From: Eubacterium sp.
Lineage (GTDB): Bacteria; Bacillota; Clostridia; Oscillospirales; Acutalibacteraceae
Assembly: GCA_017446095.1 (NCBI GenBank)
Contig: JAFSRN010000003.1
Coordinates: 109,958 to 173,957, forward strand
Length of the DNA: 64,000 bases
Direction: 5' to 3'
Part shown: positions 30,589-39,026 of the stretch, piece after piece
Layout of the letters: each line of letters starts with the position of its first letter
Position numbering within the stretch: the stretch's first letter is position 1
Notes under the pieces: model-generated
What the model was told of the DNA's origin: nothing
Seen by the model: the letters and a program-made list of their open reading frames with translations, nothing else
Database searches by the model: none
Position numbers and translations under genes: made by a program

Positions 30589-32304
30589 ATGAAAGAAAAA
30601 ATCAAAATTGGAATTGTTAACAGACTTTTTTATATTATTCCTATTGCATTGACAATCTTAGCACTCTGCTTTGGATGCGTCTTTTTGGGTGAAGCAGACG
30701 ATGCTTATTTAGGACTAATTGCAAGAAGTTATGATTTTAATAATCATAGTGAATATTTGGTGTTTATTAATTTCTTGCTTGGTTATGCCGTTAGATGGCT
30801 TTATTTGATTATTCCAAGTATTGACTGGTTTTCTGTATTATATCTTTTTGCAATTAATATTTCTTTCATTACTATTTTTAAGGCTTTTTTTGATTCTGTT
30901 GAAGTATTTAGCTTTGATAAAGTATTTGCTGTAATAATCATTGCAGGTATCTTCATTTATAATTTAAGTCATCTTGGCTTTACAAATATTTCATTTATGT
31001 GTTGCTGTTCGGCAATTATTTGGGCATTGTCTCACATTAAAAAAATTGACAGGAAAAGCCTGCCCCATTTGTTATATGTATTTTTCCTATTTTTGTTTGG
31101 TTTCTGTATGAGAAATGGAATGGTACTTTATTCTGTTTTAGTAGTATTAGTTCCGGTTCTATTTTCTCTGTTTTTGAATAAAAAGTTTCGTGTTGTTTCG
31201 GTTATTGCTGTATTAATTGTTTGCGTTTCTGCAAGCCTGTTTGCAACCTATTCACAAAAGATATACGAGCATAAATATAATTATGAACAGTATGTTGAGT
31301 TTAATATTGCCAGGGCAGATGTTATTGATTCTGGTAAATTAGATTATAATAAAAATGAAGCAAAGTTAATAGATGATAATGTAACTAAGAATGATTTTGA
31401 ATTGTTTTCTGATGATTACATTATAGCTGATAATTCTGTATTCTCATTAGAACATGTTAGTGATATTGCCGAATCAAGAGATTTGAATGATAGATACACA
31501 TTGACAGTTTCTGACTTTTTTAAATCGTTGATTCGTAAAGATCTTTCCTCAACACTTATTTTTTGGTTTACAATTAGATTTTTGATACTATTTATTATTA
31601 TTGCTATATATGCATTTGTTGTATATCCTAAATTACGCACAAATATTATATTATTTGCACCGTTATTATTTGCTTCAGAAATGTATTTGTTTTTCAGAAG
31701 ACGAGCAGTTGAAAGAGTAATCAATCCGGTTGCTGAAATTGGCATAATACTAATATTGTATTTTATAATTAACTATGAACATCTCGCTAATGAAAAAATA
31801 TTAAAAAGTACTATTAATAATACTAAAAAGAAAATGTTTTTAGCATGCCTGCCAATTCTTATGATTTGCTCGATGTTTAGCTATATGGGTTCATACACCA
31901 CGCGTAGTCCTGTTGACAGTGAGGTATTAAACTATGACTACTCTGAGTTTTCCGATAATGTAATTGTTACTTCTGCGATTGACAGTCATGCTTTCTACGA
32001 CATGCATCATTCACTTCTTAGTTCAAAACATTTAACTGCACCTGTCTACACAGTTTGCGGAGAGTGGTATATTTATTCTGATTATTGGGATGCATTACTC
32101 AATAAATTAGAATTAAGCGAGTATAACGATTGTGGAATAAAATCCCTTATTGATGACAGAGTTCTATTCGCCTGCGATTCAACTGAAACGTTGGACAGAT
32201 TGGTAATATATTTTAAAGAACATCACAACATAAATGTTAAATATGAGTTAGTAAAAGAATTTGATGATTCCGAATCTGCTCTATATAAGTTTGTAGTTAT
32301 ATAG
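30589..32304 (+). CDS. Polytopic membrane protein, putative GT-C glycosyltransferase
   Basis: ~11-13 TM, acidic DD in first external loop (GEADD), large external loop and C-terminal soluble domain; lies after ArnC/ArnEF-like genes. Confidence 0.55.
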   Translation: MKEKIKIGIVNRLFYIIPIALTILALCFGCVFLGEADDAYLGLIARSYDFNNHSEYLVFINFLLGYAVRWLYLIIPSIDWFSVLYLFAINISFITIFKAFFDSVEVFSFDKVFAVIIIAGIFIYNLSHLGFTNISFMCCCSAIIWALSHIKKIDRKSLPHLLYVFFLFLFGFCMRNGMVLYSVLVVLVPVLFSLFLNKKFRVVSVIAVLIVCVSASLFATYSQKIYEHKYNYEQYVEFNIARADVIDSGKLDYNKNEAKLIDDNVTKNDFELFSDDYIIADNSVFSLEHVSDIAESRDLNDRYTLTVSDFFKSLIRKDLSSTLIFWFTIRFLILFIIIAIYAFVVYPKLRTNIILFAPLLFASEMYLFFRRRAVERVINPVAEIGIILILYFIINYEHLANEKILKSTINNTKKKMFLACLPILMICSMFSYMGSYTTRSPVDSEVLNYDYSEFSDNVIVTSAIDSHAFYDMHHSLLSSKHLTAPVYTVCGEWYIYSDYWDALLNKLELSEYNDCGIKSLIDDRVLFACDSTETLDRLVIYFKEHHNINVKYELVKEFDDSESALYKFVVI

Positions 32305-32310
32305 TATTTA

Positions 32311-32341
32311 ATAAAGGCACGGTGGGATAGCCGTGTCTTTG
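32311..32341 (+). repeat. Hairpin repeat copy 2 (ataaaggcacggtgggatagccgtgtctttg); probable terminator
   Basis: Same stem and flanks as 30481-30513. Confidence 0.75.
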
Positions 32342-32358
32342 TTGTTTGCATTTTTTGA

Positions 32359-32387
32359 TTGAAATAGCAGGGGGGTTATGGTATAAC
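32359..32387 (+). promoter_or_regulatory. Sigma-70-type promoter with G6 in spacer
   Basis: TTGAAA-17 bp-TGgTATAAC (extended -10). Confidence 0.5.
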
Positions 32388-32409
32388 TGACTATAACTTT
32401 TTAGGGGTA

Positions 32410-33432
32410 ATGATAATGAAAAGGACACTATCAATCGTTTTATCATTGGTGCTTGTTTTAGGCACTGTTTTTGGCTGGATTTTTCTGCTTATGCCAGTTC
32501 TGCATACGGTCAGTGCGGTACTTCGGTATATTATTATATTGATGAGGATACCGGCAAAGTTGCCATTGACGGCACTGGTGCTATGACAGATTATACTTTT
32601 GGTGATTCGCCGTTTATGAATAATAATCAGTTAACCGCAGTTCTCATCACTCCCGGTGTTATAAGCATATGTGGTTATGGTAAGCTTCAACCTCTATATT
32701 AACACTAATGATGTGTCCGCTATAAGATGCAACTTTAACGGCACAACTACAGTTCCTGCAAGCGAGCTTACAACTGGCGATAACGGTCAGTACGAATATT
32801 CAATTGTTGTTGCGCCTGCACAGATTCAGGATAGCATTACAGTTGAAGTGCTTGACGGCAACGGCAATGTAGACAGAACATACATCACAACTGTTGCAGA
32901 TTACTGCAATCAGATTATTGACGGCAACTTCAGTGCTGAAACAAAAGCACTTGCAAAGGCTGTTCTTGATTACGGCAAGGCGGCGTCCGATTTCTTCGAT
33001 TTCAACACGGATGCATATAACGCGCAGGATTACTACAACACCACACCGTTTAACTTTGACACAAGCATTCTTGTTGCTTCTGCAACTGGTATTGAAGTAA
33101 ACGAGGTAAGATATGTAGCAACTTCTACGCCCGACCTTCGCTTTGAGGTTAACCTTACCGAGTCTGAGGCGCACCAGCTTGTTGCAAGAACCGACAAGGG
33201 TTACTCATCGAAGTTTGTTAAGGTTGACGATGACGTTATCCTGCAGGTTCAGGAAATTCCTGCTGCGAAGTTTGACGAGGCGATTACGATTACAATTTCC
33301 GGCGGCAAGACAATTGTTTACACACCGCTGTCATACGCGTACATGGCTTCAAAATCAGATAACGCAAAGCTCGCCAAGCTCGGTAACGCAATTGCTTACT
33401 ACTGGCAAGCGGCTGATGCATTGTTTGAATAG
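32410..33432 (+). pseudogene. Frameshifted, internally deleted secreted/surface protein (signal peptide, BspA-LRR N-cap, C-terminal tandem repeat domain 32671-33432)
   Basis: MKRTLSIVLSLVLVLGTVFG continues in another frame as LDFSAYASSAYGQCGTSVYYYIDEDTGKVAIDGTGAMTDY...ITPGVISI, then joins the 253-aa ORF. Confidence 0.7.
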
Positions 33433-33443
33433 GAACTAAAAAT

Positions 33444-33474
33444 AAAAGCCCGACAGATTAACTGTCGGGTTTTT
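33444..33474. terminator. Bidirectional intrinsic terminator
   Basis: aaaagCCCGACAG-attaa-CTGTCGGGttttt between convergent genes. Confidence 0.8.
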
Positions 33475-34264
33475 CTGTTGCATTTAGCTTGTATTTTTTG
33501 ATTAGCATATAAACTATGAACGCCATCAGGAAGCCGCCGAAGTTCAGCACAATGTCGTCTATATCGACCTGACCGCACTTGAAGATGTACTGGTAACTCT
33601 CTACAATGAAGGGGACGACGAAGCCGATAAGCATTATAATCGGCGGTTTGAATTTGTCCGATATTGCTGACAACACAAACGGCAGCGGCACAAAGATTAT
33701 AATGTTGCCAAAGAACATCAGAGGTGCTTCAAAGCCTACGTTAAAGTCGTTTATCAGCGCTTTAAGCATCAAAAACGTGCCGTCGCCAAGCTTCATATTA
33801 ATCGCGTCGATATTGCTCGGCAGGCGCATAAAGCAGATGTACAAAACGAACGCGTAAATCGGAGTGAACGATAGCCAGAACCGTTTGTAAAATTCGGGGT
33901 ACCGGTCATACTTCATCAGCGTTACGACAATGAACACAGTCATCAGCGTTATAATGATGTACGAAATCCACCACACCCTGTACAAAAAGTGGCTGCCGCT
34001 GATGTGCGTTATAAAGTAGTCGAATATCACAAGCGCTGTAAATATGAGCGCGGATTTGGGCACAAGATTTGCAATGAAATCAAGGTTGTCTTTGTTGATT
34101 AGCGTTACAACTGCCATCAGTACAATGATTATTGCAAACCTAAAAAACATAAACGGTGTGCCGTTCAGTCCCCAGTACGAGCCGAGCATATCCGAGTGCA
34201 TATTGAACATCGAAAAGAAGAACGCCAGCACGAATATTGACTTTTTAAGTGCATTATTGTTCAT
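33458..34264 (-). CDS. VanZ-family membrane protein with N-terminal TM extension
   Basis: GNIIIFVPL, VESYQYIFKCGQVDIDDIVLNFGG. Confidence 0.8.
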   Translation of the reverse strand: MNNNALKKSIFVLAFFFSMFNMHSDMLGSYWGLNGTPFMFFRFAIIIVLMAVVTLINKDNLDFIANLVPKSALIFTALVIFDYFITHISGSHFLYRVWWISYIIITLMTVFIVVTLMKYDRYPEFYKRFWLSFTPIYAFVLYICFMRLPSNIDAINMKLGDGTFLMLKALINDFNVGFEAPLMFFGNIIIFVPLPFVLSAISDKFKPPIIMLIGFVVPFIVESYQYIFKCGQVDIDDIVLNFGGFLMAFIVYMLIKKYKLNATEKPDS

Positions 34265-34303
34265 AGTAAATTTGCTTGCCCCCGCAAATAGCAGGGGCTT
34301 TGT

Positions 34304-36508
34304 TTATTTGTTGATTTTGTCAAACAGTTCCTCGCGTGTGAGGTTTGCAGTGCGCGAAACTTCGTCGTTCGGCACTACGCGCAGAACTCTGCCGTTGTAT
34401 CGCGAAACAAGTACTTTAACAGGCTTGCCGTCGATATCGATAGTTTCCTCGCTGTACTGCTCGTTAAGCGGCACCTGCTTTGCAAGGTTTGCCTTTTCCG
34501 TAAGCGCACCCGTCGGGCAAAGGCTTACGCAAAGGCCGCAGTTTGTGCAGTTAGTCTGATCAAGCGGAAGTGAGAAGGCAGGGGATACGTCAGTTGAAAA
34601 ACCTCTGCCCATCAGCCCGATTGAGGACAAGTTCATAACCTCGCGGCAGGAGCGTACGCAAAGTCCGCAAAGTATGCATTTTGCAGTGTTGCGTTCGATA
34701 AACGCATTGTCGTCGTGTGTGTACTTCTGCGGCATTTCGCCTGCAAAGCGCGCGGGGTTGATGTCGTAGCGCTGCGCAACATTCAGCAGCTTGCACTTGT
34801 AGTATTCGCGGCAGCCGCACTCAAGGCAGCGGTTTGCTTCCGCCTTTGCCTCATCCTCTGTAAGACCGAGCGAAACCTCGTCAAAGTTCTTGTTCCTTAC
34901 GTCAGCGTCAAGCACTTTTGCCATCTGGCGCGGTGCTTTCTCTCTGTCCGTGTAATCAATCGTGTCTTCATCGCGCTTGCTGATATAAGGCACGCGGGTT
35001 TCGTATTCTTCACCCTTAAGGTAAGCATCAACAATCTTAACGCATCTGTCAGCCTCGCCGATTGCTTCTATCGCGATGCCTGCGCCCTTGTTGGTTGCGT
35101 CGCCTATAGCAAATACGCCGTCAAGGTTCGTTTCAAACGTGTCCTCATCGGCAAGGATGTTGCCTCTGTCGGTGAGTTCAAGCTCGCTGACATCCTCTGT
35201 AACGAGCTTCTGACCGATAGCCATAATCACGCTGTCAACTGCGATTTCCTCTGTTTTGCCCTCAACGGGAACAGGTCTGCGCCTGCCTGATGCATCGGGC
35301 TCGCCGAGTTCCATTATCTGCAGGGTAATCGATTTAACTTTGCCGTCCTCGCCGTTAAAGGACAGGGGATTGGTGAGGAATTTATAGATTACGCCCTCTT
35401 CCTCTGCCTCGTCAATCTCAAGCTTATCTGCGGGCATTTCGTTGCGCGTACGTCTGTAAACAACATAAACTTCCTCTGCGCCAAGGCGGACTGCAGTTCT
35501 GCACGCGTCCATTGCGGTGTTGCCGCCGCCGCAGATTGCAACCTTTTTGCCAATCGGGGCAGGGTTGCCCTGAATTACGCCGCGCAAAAAGTCTATACCG
35601 CCGTATACGCCGTCAAGTTCCTCACCCGGTGTGCGCATTGAGCTTGACTTCCACGCGCCGACTGCAACAATAACCGCGTCGCTTTCCGCCTTAAGGCTCT
35701 CAATCGTAAAGTCAACGCCGAGCTTTTTGCCGTTAACCATCTTAACGCCGGTCTTTTCAATTACGGTAATCTCTTTATCAAGGACTTCTTTAGGCAGCCT
35801 GTACTGTGGAATACCGTAGCGCAGCATACCGCCCATCTTGTCCATCATATCGTAAATTGTAACCTCGTGTCCCATAATTGCAAGGTAGTATGCCGCGGTA
35901 AGACCTGCAGGTCCGCCGCCGATAATGCTGACCTTTTTGCCTGTTAGCGCGGCAACATCGGGAACGTAAGTGTCGCTGTTGAGGTCTATATCAGCAGCAA
36001 ACGCCTTGAGCTGCGCGATGTTAATCGGCTCGTCTACGTTAGCTCTGCGGCAGCCCTTTTCGCAGGGATGCGGGCAAACTCTGCCGATTGATGCAGGCAG
36101 CGCGATTCTGTTTTTGATGAGTTTGAGCGCCGCTTCGTACTCTCCGTTTGCAATAAGTCCCACATAACCCTGGCAGTCAGTTCTTGCAGGGCAGTTGAGC
36201 TGGCAGGGGGCAACGCAGTCGCCGTCGTGAGCAGACATTAGCAGCTCAAGCGCAATCTTGCGCGACTGAATAACACGCTCGCTCTCTGTGTTTACAACCA
36301 TACCTTCGCTGACTTTGGCAGAGCATGAGCGCAGAAGCTTCGGAATACCCTCAGCCTCAACTACGCACAGACCGCACGCGCCGTAAACCTCAATCGCGTC
36401 GTCATAGCAAAGAGTGGGGATATAAATATCGTTAGCCCTTGCGGCTTCAAGAATTGTAGCACCCTCAGGGGCTTGAATGGCTTTTCCGTTAATAGTTAAG
36501 TTAATCAT
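34304..36508 (-). CDS. [2Fe-2S]-GltD-like FAD/NADPH oxidoreductase-2x[4Fe-4S] fusion (StnC/NsoC-like)
   Basis: IPTLC..GACGLC; APCQLNCP, GRVCPHPCEKGC, GGGPAG, GGGNTAMD; CILCGLCVRSC and CTNCGLCVSLCP. Confidence 0.8.
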   Translation of the reverse strand: MINLTINGKAIQAPEGATILEAARANDIYIPTLCYDDAIEVYGACGLCVVEAEGIPKLLRSCSAKVSEGMVVNTESERVIQSRKIALELLMSAHDGDCVAPCQLNCPARTDCQGYVGLIANGEYEAALKLIKNRIALPASIGRVCPHPCEKGCRRANVDEPINIAQLKAFAADIDLNSDTYVPDVAALTGKKVSIIGGGPAGLTAAYYLAIMGHEVTIYDMMDKMGGMLRYGIPQYRLPKEVLDKEITVIEKTGVKMVNGKKLGVDFTIESLKAESDAVIVAVGAWKSSSMRTPGEELDGVYGGIDFLRGVIQGNPAPIGKKVAICGGGNTAMDACRTAVRLGAEEVYVVYRRTRNEMPADKLEIDEAEEEGVIYKFLTNPLSFNGEDGKVKSITLQIMELGEPDASGRRRPVPVEGKTEEIAVDSVIMAIGQKLVTEDVSELELTDRGNILADEDTFETNLDGVFAIGDATNKGAGIAIEAIGEADRCVKIVDAYLKGEEYETRVPYISKRDEDTIDYTDREKAPRQMAKVLDADVRNKNFDEVSLGLTEDEAKAEANRCLECGCREYYKCKLLNVAQRYDINPARFAGEMPQKYTHDDNAFIERNTAKCILCGLCVRSCREVMNLSSIGLMGRGFSTDVSPAFSLPLDQTNCTNCGLCVSLCPTGALTEKANLAKQVPLNEQYSEETIDIDGKPVKVLVSRYNGRVLRVVPNDEVSRTANLTREELFDKINK

Positions 36509-36519
36509 TTTACCCCTCC

Positions 36520-38262
36520 TTATGCCTTAATAATTGCGTTAAACTTGCAGGAAGAATAACACTTGCCGCATTTGATACACTTGTTCTGGTCGATTTCGTG
36601 CGGCTTTTTAACAACGCCGCTGATTGCGTCAACAGGGCAGTTGTGCGCACAGAGCGTACAGCCCCTGCACTTGTCTGCAATAATTGTGTATTCAACAAGG
36701 TCACTGCATTCGCCAGCAGGACACTTTTTGTCGTTGATGTGAGCTTCGTATTCATCGCGGAAATACTTGATGGTAGTCAGCACAGGGTTCGGTGCAGTCT
36801 GACCGAGTCCGCAAAGCGCGCCGTCCTTGATTGAGTAGCAAAGCTCCTCAAGCAGCTCAATGTCGCCTTCCTTGCCCTCGCCCTTGGTGATTCTGTCAAG
36901 CATTTCAAGCATACGCTTTGTGCCTATACGGCAGTGGATGCACTTGCCGCAGCTCTCTTTGGCAGTGAAGTCGAGGAAGAATTTAGCCATACCAACCATG
37001 CAGGTGCTTTCGTCCATAACAACCATACCGCCGCTGCCCATAATCGCGCCTGTTGCGCCGAGCGCCTTGTAGTCGATTACGGTGTCAATAAGGTCGGCAG
37101 GGATACAACCACCCGAAGGACCGCCCATCTGTACAGCCTTGAACGGTTTGTCAGTCTTCATACCGCCGCCGATGTCAAATATAACGTCGCGCAGAGTTTT
37201 ACCCATCGGAATTTCCACAAGTCCGCTGCGCTTAACCTTGCCTGTAACGGCAAATACCTTTGTGCCTTTTGAGCCCTCTGTGCCCATTGCGGCAAACGCT
37301 TCGCCGCCGTTATTGATAATCCAGCCGACGTTGGCAAAGGTTTCCACATTATTAATATTGGAGGGCTTGCGCCAGAAGCCTGACTGTGCAGGGAAGGGTG
37401 GCTTGAGCCTCGGCATACCTCTGTGGCCTTCAAGCGATTCGATAAGTGCGGTTTCCTCTCCGCAAACAAACGCGCCTGCGCCTGCCTTGATGTAGAAATC
37501 GCAGGAAAAATCTGTGCCAAAGATATTGTTGCCGATAATGCCTTTCTCTTCCGCCTGCTTGATTGCGCGTTCAAGGCGCTTGATAGCGAGCGGGTACTCC
37601 GCACGTACGTAAACAACAGCGTGCTTTGCGCCGATAGCATACGCGCCGATAAGCATACCCTCAATAAGATTGTGCGGATCTGACTCAATAACGGCCCTAT
37701 CCATAAACGCACCCGGGTCGCCCTCGTCAGCGTTGCAGATGAGGTACTTCTCGTCGCCCTCGCTCTGGCGCGCTGCGTTCCACTTGAACCAGGTGGGGAA
37801 GCCTGCGCCGCCGCGACCTGCAAGACCGGAGGTTTTGATAACTTCAATAACCTCTTCGGGAGTCATTGACTTAACTGCCTTTTCAAGCGCTGTGTAGCCG
37901 TCTGCTTCAATGTAAGCAGAGATTTCCTCGGGGTTAATAACGCCGCATCTGCGCAGCGCAATTCGAGTCTGCTTTGTAAGGAACTCGTTGTCCTCATCAG
38001 TAACAATAAGGTCTGCAACGAGCGATTTATCTTTTGTTTTTGTGTATTCGGCAATCTTTGGTGCGTCGTTTTCGCTGACTTTTACAAGGCGAGTGAGTTC
38101 GCCGTCGTCGTAAATATCAACAATCGGCTCAAGGTAGCACATACCGATACAGCCCGTGATACTGATTTCCGCATTATCAATGTCGCAGTCAAGCAGTGCA
38201 CTTCTTACTTTTTCCGCACCTGCAGCAATACCGCAAGAGCCTTGTCCAATAACTATCTTCAT
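36520..38262 (-). CDS. NuoF/HydB-like FMN/NADH-binding subunit
   Basis: GRGGAGFPT, CNADEGDPGAFMDR, GAFVCGEETAL, GGPSGGC, ESCGKC..CR.G, two C-terminal 4Fe-4S motifs. Confidence 0.92.
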   Translation of the reverse strand: MKIVIGQGSCGIAAGAEKVRSALLDCDIDNAEISITGCIGMCYLEPIVDIYDDGELTRLVKVSENDAPKIAEYTKTKDKSLVADLIVTDEDNEFLTKQTRIALRRCGVINPEEISAYIEADGYTALEKAVKSMTPEEVIEVIKTSGLAGRGGAGFPTWFKWNAARQSEGDEKYLICNADEGDPGAFMDRAVIESDPHNLIEGMLIGAYAIGAKHAVVYVRAEYPLAIKRLERAIKQAEEKGIIGNNIFGTDFSCDFYIKAGAGAFVCGEETALIESLEGHRGMPRLKPPFPAQSGFWRKPSNINNVETFANVGWIINNGGEAFAAMGTEGSKGTKVFAVTGKVKRSGLVEIPMGKTLRDVIFDIGGGMKTDKPFKAVQMGGPSGGCIPADLIDTVIDYKALGATGAIMGSGGMVVMDESTCMVGMAKFFLDFTAKESCGKCIHCRIGTKRMLEMLDRITKGEGKEGDIELLEELCYSIKDGALCGLGQTAPNPVLTTIKYFRDEYEAHINDKKCPAGECSDLVEYTIIADKCRGCTLCAHNCPVDAISGVVKKPHEIDQNKCIKCGKCYSSCKFNAIIKA

Positions 38263-38744
38263 TGTGCCGCCTCCCTTAACTCTTTAAGAATCTTCTTCGT
38301 TTTGTCAGGGGTAAGGCTGCCGTAAGTGTCCTCATTAATCATCATAACGGGGGAAAGTGAGCAGCAGCCGAGGCAGGCAACGCACTTGAGCGAGAACAGT
38401 CCGTCCTCTGTAGTGCCGCCGTCGTCAATACCAAGCTCGTCCTTGATAGTCTGCAGTATCAGCTCGCTCGAGTTAACGTGGCAGGCTGTACCCTGGCAGA
38501 GCATAATAAGGTACTTGCCCACAGGCTCAAATCTGAACTGTGTGTAGAACGTGCCAACGCCCATAATCTCCGACGTGGCGATTCCTGTTTTTTCAGATAT
38601 AAGCTCAATTGCCTCTTTGGGCAAGTAGCCGTAGATATCCTGTGTTTTTTGCAGGATTGTGATAAGGCTGCCCTTAACATCGGCATATTTTGCAAGCACG
38701 CCGTCAAGCAGAGCCAAATCAACTGAATTCCGGTTCATATGCAT
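38259..38744 (-). CDS. NuoE/HydC-like [2Fe-2S] subunit
   Basis: CQGTACHV and ACLGCCSLSP. Confidence 0.92.
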   Translation of the reverse strand: MHMNRNSVDLALLDGVLAKYADVKGSLITILQKTQDIYGYLPKEAIELISEKTGIATSEIMGVGTFYTQFRFEPVGKYLIMLCQGTACHVNSSELILQTIKDELGIDDGGTTEDGLFSLKCVACLGCCSLSPVMMINEDTYGSLTPDKTKKILKELREAAQ

Positions 38745-38966
38745 ACCTCCTAATAGTATATATATATTATAATACTAAATTTAAAAGTAATATGCAAGAA
38801 AAAAGTTGTTACAACTTGCTGCAACACTTCTGTAAATTCTGACTGCCTGCGGCAACTAATGGCGCAATTGTGCAAATATTGTCTTATTACATTCAAAGTG
38901 TATGAGTAATACTGACAAATTGAAGCCAGCAAATTTGTAAGTAATGTTAAAAATGCAGTGATAATG

Positions 38967-38995
38967 TTGACATAAGACCGTAACTGTTGTACAAT
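38967..38995 (+). promoter_or_regulatory. Sigma-70 promoter of the EF-G paralog
   Basis: TTGACA-17 bp-TACAAT. Confidence 0.7.
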
Positions 38996-39026
38996 TTATA
39001 CAATATGATTTTTTGGAGGAAAGTTT

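Noticed and set aside
37158-37847. 229-aa alternative-frame ORF and other long overlapping ORFs in the GC-richer region (e.g. 46510-47313, 50669-51427, 56493-57134)
   Set aside because: Expected by-products of codon bias in well-conserved genes; no independent signals
34304-38744. [FeFe]-hydrogenase, formate dehydrogenase or complex I
   Set aside because: No H-cluster motifs, no molybdopterin domain, no membrane Nuo subunits
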